In this document: piece after piece, positions 56,486 through 64,000 of the stretch | Numbering within the stretch: position 1 is the stretch's first letter | Layout: every line of letters starts with the position of its first letter | Assembly (NCBI GenBank): GCA_904063045.1 | Contig: CAJFCJ010000001.1 | Span: 2,728,001 to 2,792,000 of the forward strand | Length of the DNA: 64,000 nt | Source of the DNA: Dimorphilus gyrociliatus | Taxonomy: Eukaryota; Animalia; Annelida | Reading direction: 5' to 3' | Position numbers and translations under genes: made by a program | The notes under the pieces: model-generated | What the model saw: the letters and a program-made list of their open reading frames with translations, nothing else | Databases searched by the model: none | Told to the model about the DNA's origin: nothing

Positions 56486-57605
56486 TTAAGAACGCTTTAG
56501 AAGTACGGAGAAAATACTTGCTGTGGCAATTACTGCAGCCGAAAATGTCAACCATTGAGGTGGGTTTGTAGACTCATCCTGGGAGAACTCTTGTAGAAAT
56601 TCCTTCCAGCCTCCCTTTTTCTCAAAATATTCTCCAACTTTTTTATATAAATAATAACCAGTAAAATCTCCTATGGCTTCCACAGTTTTATCAACATTAT
56701 GCTGCAATCTACAAAATAATGAATTTTCGAATATTATTATTATAAATATTAATAATTTTAATTTAATTTAGTTACCCAAACTCAATGCATTTTTTAGCTA
56801 TCCATCCACTAAAGGCGAAGACAACAACAAGACGCAAGCGATGATTATCTTCCAAATCATCTGAAAATGTTTCATCTATTATCTTCATAATCCAATCAAG
56901 TCCTTTTTTCTCTGCCAGCTTAAGTCTAGTGACGAGTTCTTCAAATTCATCCGAATGACTCTTAATTATATCTTTGACTAATTTTCTTGTTGTTTTTATA
57001 ACAGGGTTAAGAGGAGTATAACTATCATCATCTCTCAAGTCCTTTGTTACATATTGAGCAATATCTATACCCAGTAAGCGAAAACTGGACAAATTTTTTG
57101 ATTGAACACCATAAGGTAGGCAAGAATTTTGGAGGTTAACCCCATCAGGTAAATCCTCTCTAGTAAATTGCCTGACAACCTCTGGAGCATCCATTTTATT
57201 GTCTTTATCAGATTTTAAGTCTTCTACGTATTTTAATAACAATTCAAGTTTATCGCTCATTTTTTCAATCTCATCTTTATGTTCGAAAGGATTATTTTCT
57301 TTCAAAACTTCATCTTCATTAAAGACTTCACTAAGTTTTTCAATTAAATGGCCGTTATTACTATTTTCAAGTGCCTTATAAAATATCTTTTTAATATTTT
57401 CGTTCCTACTGTTATTAACAAACTTTAAAAGTTTTCTTACTGCAGGTATTGGTCCCTCATGGTTGATAGTCAGATAAATTCGATCTTTTTGCTCATGAGT
57501 TAAAATATATTCTTGGAATAGATGATCCGTCAACGATGCGGGCTCTATATTGTTCACCAAATATGTATAATTTTTCCGAAGTATTAGTGTGAAATTCATA
57601 TTCAT
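56486..57605 (-). CDS. CARD-Bcl-2 family fusion protein (350 aa) with C-terminal membrane anchor
   Basis: Exons 57605-56776 and 56708-56486 (phase 2, GG|A). Residues about 3-91 show a CARD pattern. The C-terminal half has BH3-like RKLVKDIIKSH, BH1-like FSDDLEDNHRLRLVVVFAFSG, BH2 KKGGWKEF and a TM tail WLTFSAAVIATASIFSVLLKRS. Confidence 0.82.
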
Positions 57606-57966
57606 TTCTCAAAATCTCAATAGTGGTCAGACTGCACAAAGAGACTAGAGAAATTGTTGTCTGCAAATCCTAGTCCCGCACTCGTATTTATACATATTTG
57701 TTATTGTCTTGTAAGAAAAACCACTTAGCTAATCTATGATTAATTTACACGTGATGAAGAAATATTATATAGTTCACTTACGGCTACAGCTAATAAGATT
57801 TTGAAGTAAGATTTATTTTCTTCCCTTTTTCATAGATAAAAAAATATTTGCAAACACGAAGAAAAAGTTAAAAAGAAGCTCAATTAAGATATTCATAAAT
57901 AGGTTTATAAATGCTTATCTCCTCTGCCAAAGCATTATGGCAATTTATCAGATACACATTATACTG

Positions 57967-59838
57967 TTAATCTTTAGCATCAGCTATCCCACCTCCTGTA
58001 ATAGCGAAAGTAGCCTCGTTCTCAGGGAGATCAGGGCTTGTAAAAAATAATTTATTTTTAGTTTTTCGATGAATAATATAAATATTTTTATTACCTATCA
58101 TATATTTTGGCAATACGAGTTTCCCCACGACCTTTTCTTAAACTTATTCGTGTAGTAGAAGCATGAGCTAAAACATGTCCACCTATTGGCTTTTTCGGAT
58201 CAACCTGAAATCTATAATTCAAAAATAAAAATTTAAAGGTAATGTCATAATGTAAATTTACGTCATAGTTGCTCCAGGGTCGGATGTCATTTGATTTGTT
58301 ATCAAAACTGACAAATTGTATTCTATTTGAAAAATGTATATGTAATTATTATTAAGAAATAATTATACCACTACAACCTTCAGAAATTTTCTGTAATCTT
58401 GATAATAGCTGTGCTAACTTTTGTTGACGATCAGCAAGTTCACCTCTTCCACTAAAGTCAACTCTAAAAAGAGCCATAACTGAATCCATTATCTGGAAAA
58501 ATAAAAAAAAAAGTTTCAAATTGTTTAAGTGTCGTATTGTATAGTTTACGAGAAGTTTGAAAACTCCCATTTCTTCGTGAAGTTTAGCTGCAGCATAATC
58601 CAATAAATCCATTTGATGTTCGCCTAGAAATTACTCGTATATTTTGTTAATCCTCTTAGTAGTCTACACTTTACAAACTTGTATATGCTCTTGCATATAA
58701 AATATTATCCAAAACGGCCTCTGAATCCAAATTGAATCTCTCAGCAATTTGTCTTAGGCGTTCAGGTCGGCTAAAAATATGTATTGGAAGATAGATTTTG
58801 AAATATTATTTGTAAGTGAAAACCTACAAAGTTCCTTCGGTGTCTATATAGACAACTTTACCTCCTGGATAGTCACTTCGTGGTATTTGGGATGTAACTA
58901 ATACATAATAAATTTTAATGACAGTTGACTTCATAATTGCGAAATACCACAAAGAGTATGTGCCAATTGGGTTTTTCCCGTCCGAAACTCTCCGAATACT
59001 TCCGTTATAGCCATACTCTCAACTCCACCACCAATTACTTTGCTGAAGATAAAAGTTATAGTTGATTAAATGATAGCTTAAATATAACTTTTTTCAACTT
59101 CAACGCAACATACTCTAATTCATCACTGCCTGAACAAATTCTAAAGCAATTCTTTCGGACATCTGCGTATTCTAAAGCAGTTGTAAATCCCCCATGCTGA
59201 AATTAGTTTGCTTTTTATTACATACTTCTAGGCTAAATACATATAGTCTCAATATAAAACTTTAAATAAACTATATAAAATATAGTAAAGAATAAACCAA
59301 ATATCTCTATTCTATCTAGTAGATTAAATGTTTCGAAGGTAATGGAAATATCATGTACTGTACTTTCAGCGAGAATATCGTCTTGAAATTGAACAAAATC
59401 TAACGTACCCCTAGCAATTTATTTGCCACCTCTTTAATTTTTTCAACTTTATTTTCGCTAAGGCCTTTAATAGCACACATTCTTTTACGAGTTGTCATTT
59501 GTATACCCTATATATATAATAGGAATAATTTCGTGTTTATAAATTATTAAAACATTTTCCTTTTACCTTTACGGTACATATACCAGCTGCTTTTAACTTT
59601 TTTATATCAGCAGCATTCTAAAAATCATTTTTATAAAATTTATAAAGAATTAATTCTGGAGATAATTATATACAATGCCATGTTCTTGCATTTGGTCGAC
59701 ATCAATAAATAATTCAGTTTCATTATCGAATAGTTCGTTTTGTGTTCCCATATCAGAAGCTTTTGTGCAAGTACTATCAATGTCCTTAACTTTACTCCTT
59801 TGAGTGGACCTTTGAGACATTTTAGCTTGTTCTTGCAT
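57967..59838 (-). CDS. DMC1: Meiotic recombinase DMC1 (about 10 exons)
   Basis: [93 protein letters not shown] and [22 protein letters not shown] and GHVLAH favour DMC1 over RAD51. Confidence 0.95.
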
Positions 59839-60194
59839 GACTTTAATAATATGAAAATAAAGTATTTATTCCAATTGAATTAGAATGTGCTCTGGTGATT
59901 ACTATTTAAATTTTGCAAACGCTATAAAGTTAAGAAAGTAGAAAATATAAAGTTCAAAAGTTTTTTATACACTACCTTCAAGTATTACCAATTATTTACT
60001 ATAAAGTGTTTTCAAAAAGAAATGTAACACAAAGCTTGAAATAAATTCACCCAATGTTCTGAAGAGAAGAATTCGAGCTGTTCGAGAAGAACTCAATGTT
60101 GTTTTCGTATCAAAAAAATACGAAATACACCGGAAGCTCACTAAAGCGTGCGTTTTGTTTTCGCTCAGTGAAGTAGTCTACGGAGAGCATTAAA

Positions 60195-60727
60195 ATGGTA
60201 TGTATCAGTTGAAAATATTAAATAGATCTAAATATCATGGTACAAAGATTATTGAACAAGCATAGAATATATCACGTTATAAATATTTGACTAATATTGT
60301 GTTCTATCATTATTTTTCGACTAATAGATTGCGGTATTCTTTTCAGACTGAAGAAGTAAACCCTAAAGCTTACCCTTTAGCTGATGCTAAACTTACTCAG
60401 ACCATTCTACAGTTGCTGCAACAAGCTCAGCACTATCAACAATTGAAGAAAGGGGCAAACGAAGCAACCAAGACTTTAAACAGAGGTATTGCCTCGTTTA
60501 TTGTTTTGGCTGCAGACGCAGAGCCTTTGGAAATTCTTCTACATTTACCTATCTTGTGTGAAGATAAGAATGTACCCTATGTGTTCGTCAGAAGTAAAAC
60601 GGCATTGGGACGAGCATGTGGTGTCTCTAGAGCGGTAATCGCAGCTTCAGTAACGAATAACGATGGATCACAACTGAAGTCGCAAATTATTCAGGTTCAG
60701 CAGAGTATCGAGAAACTGCTTATTTAA
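60195..60727 (+). CDS. SNU13: SNU13 / NHP2L1 (15.5K kink-turn-binding protein)
   Basis: ATG-only exon 60195-60197, then 60347-60727: [13 protein letters not shown]...[16 protein letters not shown]...[38 protein letters not shown]. Confidence 0.96.
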
Positions 60728-61047
60728 ATGTTTATTACGATCGTGGAGTTTTTTAGTGTTTAAATAAATTCAAAGTTATCGGAAAAAATTTTAATAAAAG
60801 ATAAATATTAATAAAAAATAACAGCTAAACTTATAATTACCAAATACAGTACATTAAAGAGTATATTTAGGTGAGATGTGCATTTATAAAAGATCATGTG
60901 AACTGTTTCAAAACGTATTTACTATCGGTGTAATTCACTATCAGTCGGAAGCGGAAGTTCTTCTATTCGTTGGAATTAATAATATCGAGTTTCTATAAAA
61001 CGACGACTGATCGATTTTAACATTATTCAGATTAATTTGGCTTAGAA

Positions 61048-62430
61048 ATGGTAAGATCTATCTTTTAGTGCAATTCAGTAGTCATTTACAATATTTGTCT
61101 ATTAATTTTATTTTCCAGGGTGAGCGTAAGGGCCAAAATAAATATTATCCACCAGATTTTGACCCAGCAAAACATAAATCTCTGGATAATTATCATGGAA
61201 CACACGCTCTACGAGAAAGAGCACGAAAACTGCATCAAGGAATTATTATTATCAGGTATGATTTCATCGAAAACTTGTAAAGAATTAGCTAAATTTAATT
61301 AAAAATTTAAGATTTGAAATGCCTTACAATATTTGGTGTGATGGCTGTAAGAATCATATAGCTATGGGTGTCCGATATAATGCCGAGAAATCAAAGATTG
61401 GGAAATACTATACAACACCAATATATAAATTTCGAATGAAATGTCATCTTTGTGACAATCATTTTGAAATTAAAACAGATCCAGCTGTAAGTGGAATTTT
61501 TCTTAGTAGTTGTTTCATTATACTTATTTAATTTGCCAGAAACATGATTATGTGATAACAAGTGGTGCCAGACGAGAAGAACAGCGCTGGGATCCGTTTG
61601 AAAATGAACAAATAGTGCCAGAAGGTAATCAGAATAAAGAAAAGTAAAAATCTTTAATTATTAAATATTTTTAGATAAGGCAACGCATAAGAAACTTGAA
61701 ACTGATGCTATGTTCAAATTAGAACATGTTTTTGATGATAAAACAAAAAAGATTGAAGCTGCACCAGGGTTCAGTGAAATTGTAGATAAAAGGAGTGAAT
61801 GGAAAGACGATTATTCCTTGAATAAAATGGCACGAAATATTTTTAGGGTAATCATTTCTTGTCAAAAATAATTAATTTTTAAATAGCTAATTTTTTGCTA
61901 AATTAGACAGAAAAAAAGAAAATTAATGATAATAATAAAGCAGACGATAATGTAAGGAATAGACTGTGTCTAGATATTAATTTAATGCCAGAAAATGAAG
62001 AAGATGTAAAATTAGCCGGTTTAATTCAATATGAACAAACTGATAGTAAGTTATTAGAATAAGAATATATTTTATATGTTCATTGCTTATTAATCATCAT
62101 TAATTATTTTTTGAAGATGAGGATAACTCTCAATTAAAAAGAAAGCACGAAGTAATTAATCAATCTATTTTCTCAAAAAAGTCTGGTTCTAAATCAAAAA
62201 CTTTTCCATCTTTAAAATTATCCTCAAACCCCGTTCAAAAAGATACATCGTTAAAATTGTCGTCACCTTTAGTAAGAAAGAAACAAAAAATGGAGACTGA
62301 TAATGTACCTACAGAATCTAAAACAATTGATGATAGTGGTGGTGATAAAGATGAAATTAAAGTTGAAAAAACTTCTGGCATTTTATCACTATGCAAATAT
62401 GACAGTTCAGGATCATCTGAAGATGAATAA
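61048..62430 (+). CDS. YJU2B: CCDC130 / YJU2B splicing factor (Cwc16 family)
   Basis: ATG-only exon 61048-61050, then GERKGQNKYYPPDF, ALRERARKL, FEMPYNIWCDGCKNHIAMGVRYNAEK, FRMKCHLC and LETDAMFKLEH. Stop at 62428-62430. Confidence 0.92.
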
Positions 62431-62724
62431 AAAGTTAAAATTATCTCACTTTTCTATTCAATTTACTGTTTTGTATATAATTTAAATGTAATAAAAACTG
62501 TGGTCTTTATAACTCAGTCAAAGGATTGAAAAAGTAGTTTTATATGCAAACAGCTTCAATGTTTATTTTTATGTAAAGTTTCTTTAGTCTTGTTGAATAA
62601 TATTAAATGTATAAGCAAGATATAAAATAGAGCGTATAGGAAAAAATAAATATTCCCGCCAATTAATCCGGATGTAGTAACCCTCACTATGGTATTCATT
62701 GGTTATTCAAAGAGTTGGCGACTG

Positions 62725-62738
62725 GTCACCCTAGTAAC
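62725..62738 (+). promoter_or_regulatory. RFX X-box-like motif upstream of SPEF2
   Basis: GTCACCCTAGTAAC is one mismatch from RYYNYYWWRRNRAC and lies about 80 nt before the ATG. Confidence 0.5.
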
Positions 62739-62818
62739 ATCGCAAATTATCGCTCGTCTATCATGACAGTTTTAAACTAATTATTTATATTTACTGTTGA
62801 ATTTAAAACTAACGGAAG

Positions 62819-63750
62819 ATGACGGATATAATTTGTAATTGGTTAAATAATGAAGTAAAGTTATCGAAGACGATAGGTTAGTTTTTATATTTAAATAAGT
62901 CAATTTTTTTCCTAATCGAATACTTTTCAAATAGACGAAAGAAATTTTGCTTCTGAGCTCTCCTCTGGTTTTTTAATTGGTGAATTATTAGATAAATTTA
63001 AACTTCTAAATGATTTTGATCAGTTTTCCCAATCTGCGTAAGTTTCACGATAATTTTATCAATGTAGTTTGCTGTTATTAGGCCTGTTCATTGTTGTTAT
63101 ATGTATAAAGACTATAATAAATTCTCAGGACCGAAGATTCTAAGCTTAATAATTTTACGAGACTTGAACCAGTTATGAGCCTATTAGAAGTTCCTTTCGA
63201 TATAAAAATTGCCCGTAAAGTATGCATTATTTATTATCTAATTATAGTATTCTAAAGTAAAAGTATAATAATTATAATCTATTTAGATTATGACTGAACA
63301 ACCCGGAGTTGCGACAAAGCTTCTATATGAGTTATTTATTGCATTGAATAAGAAAGAAAAGAACAAATTAACTGGAGTTGCTATGGAAACAATGAGACCA
63401 GCAGCACCAGTTAAATTGGAAAGAGTTGAATCGACAATTTATAAAAATGTAAAATATTTTGATAAAAAGACTAATTTTTAATTAAAGTTTAACTGATTTT
63501 TCATTTTTTCATTAATATTATTTCTATTATAGAAATTAAAGCAAGTTACACCAAGACAAACTGACAACAATCTTCAGAGTATCTCGAATAGATATATTGA
63601 TGCTAGAATTGAGAAGGAAAAGACCAACTTTCAAGAAGCTTACGAAGAAAAACTAGAGCATGAAAGATGGATACAAGAAAAAAGACAAGAGGAGCTTGAT
63701 CTACAGAAGAATCGTATTGAAAAACGAACGGAAATGTTGGCTAAAATACA
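62819..63750 (+). CDS. SPEF2: Sperm flagellar protein 2 (5' part; gene continues beyond the window)
   Basis: MTDIICNWLNNEVKLSKTI, FASELSSGFLIGELLDKF, KLNNFTRLEP, TEQPGVATKLLYELFIAL and PRQTD..L..IS.RY match the SPEF2 N-terminal CH-like domain. Confidence 0.9.
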
Positions 63751-64000
63751 GTAAGCATATCTAGCATATTTACAATATAAAAAACATGTTACATAAAATT
63801 GTTTTGATAATATTTAATCCTATTTTATTGTGTTATAATTAAAAATTAGATATATTACTTTTCCTTTCCTTTCCCTAATTAAGCATTGAAGAAGATTATT
63901 TGTTCAGGAACAAGAGTATTCAAAGTGGTACCAGTGTATCAACTAGGCATGAAATCAATTTTATTATTAATAGTTGCAAAACAACAACAACAAAAATATG

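Noticed and set aside
57967-59838. RAD51 as alternative identity
   Set aside because: Diagnostic residues ([34 protein letters not shown]) are DMC1-type.

Overview
This is eukaryotic (animal) DNA: AT-rich and gene-dense, with mostly 50-70 nt GT-AG introns, so the ORF track shows only gene fragments. I spliced genes by eye. The window holds about 20 protein genes, one tRNA-Gly(CCC) and one U6atac snRNA. The compact architecture resembles a miniaturised invertebrate genome (possibly an annelid such as Dimorphilus); that is an inference and is unverified. Gene order: 3' end of an S/P-rich protein, GALNT1/13-like, tRNA-Gly, PKG, COG2, NOPCHAP1, MRPL45, DNAI2, a small secreted 6-Cys protein, an orphan peptide GPCR, CCNQ, PRPF39, a stand-alone Cys-loop ligand-binding-domain (AChBP-like) protein, SRPRB, GATB, TGS1 (U6atac in intron 1), SUCLA2, a CARD-Bcl-2 fusion, DMC1, SNU13, YJU2B, and the 5' part of SPEF2. 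The most interesting observations are: (1) a CARD fused to a Bcl-2 fold with a C-terminal membrane anchor; (2) an AChBP-like domain with no channel, no acetylcholine-binding residues and a GPI-type tail; (3) U6atac nested with its own Pol III promoter in TGS1; (4) PSI/FUBP-like WAxYY repeats on PRPF39; (5) an anaphylatoxin-like secreted protein absent from the ORF track; and (6) two 181-nt mutually exclusive catalytic exons in GALNT. No CRISPR array, prokaryotic system or clear transposon was seen. All homology calls come from motif recognition, not database searches.
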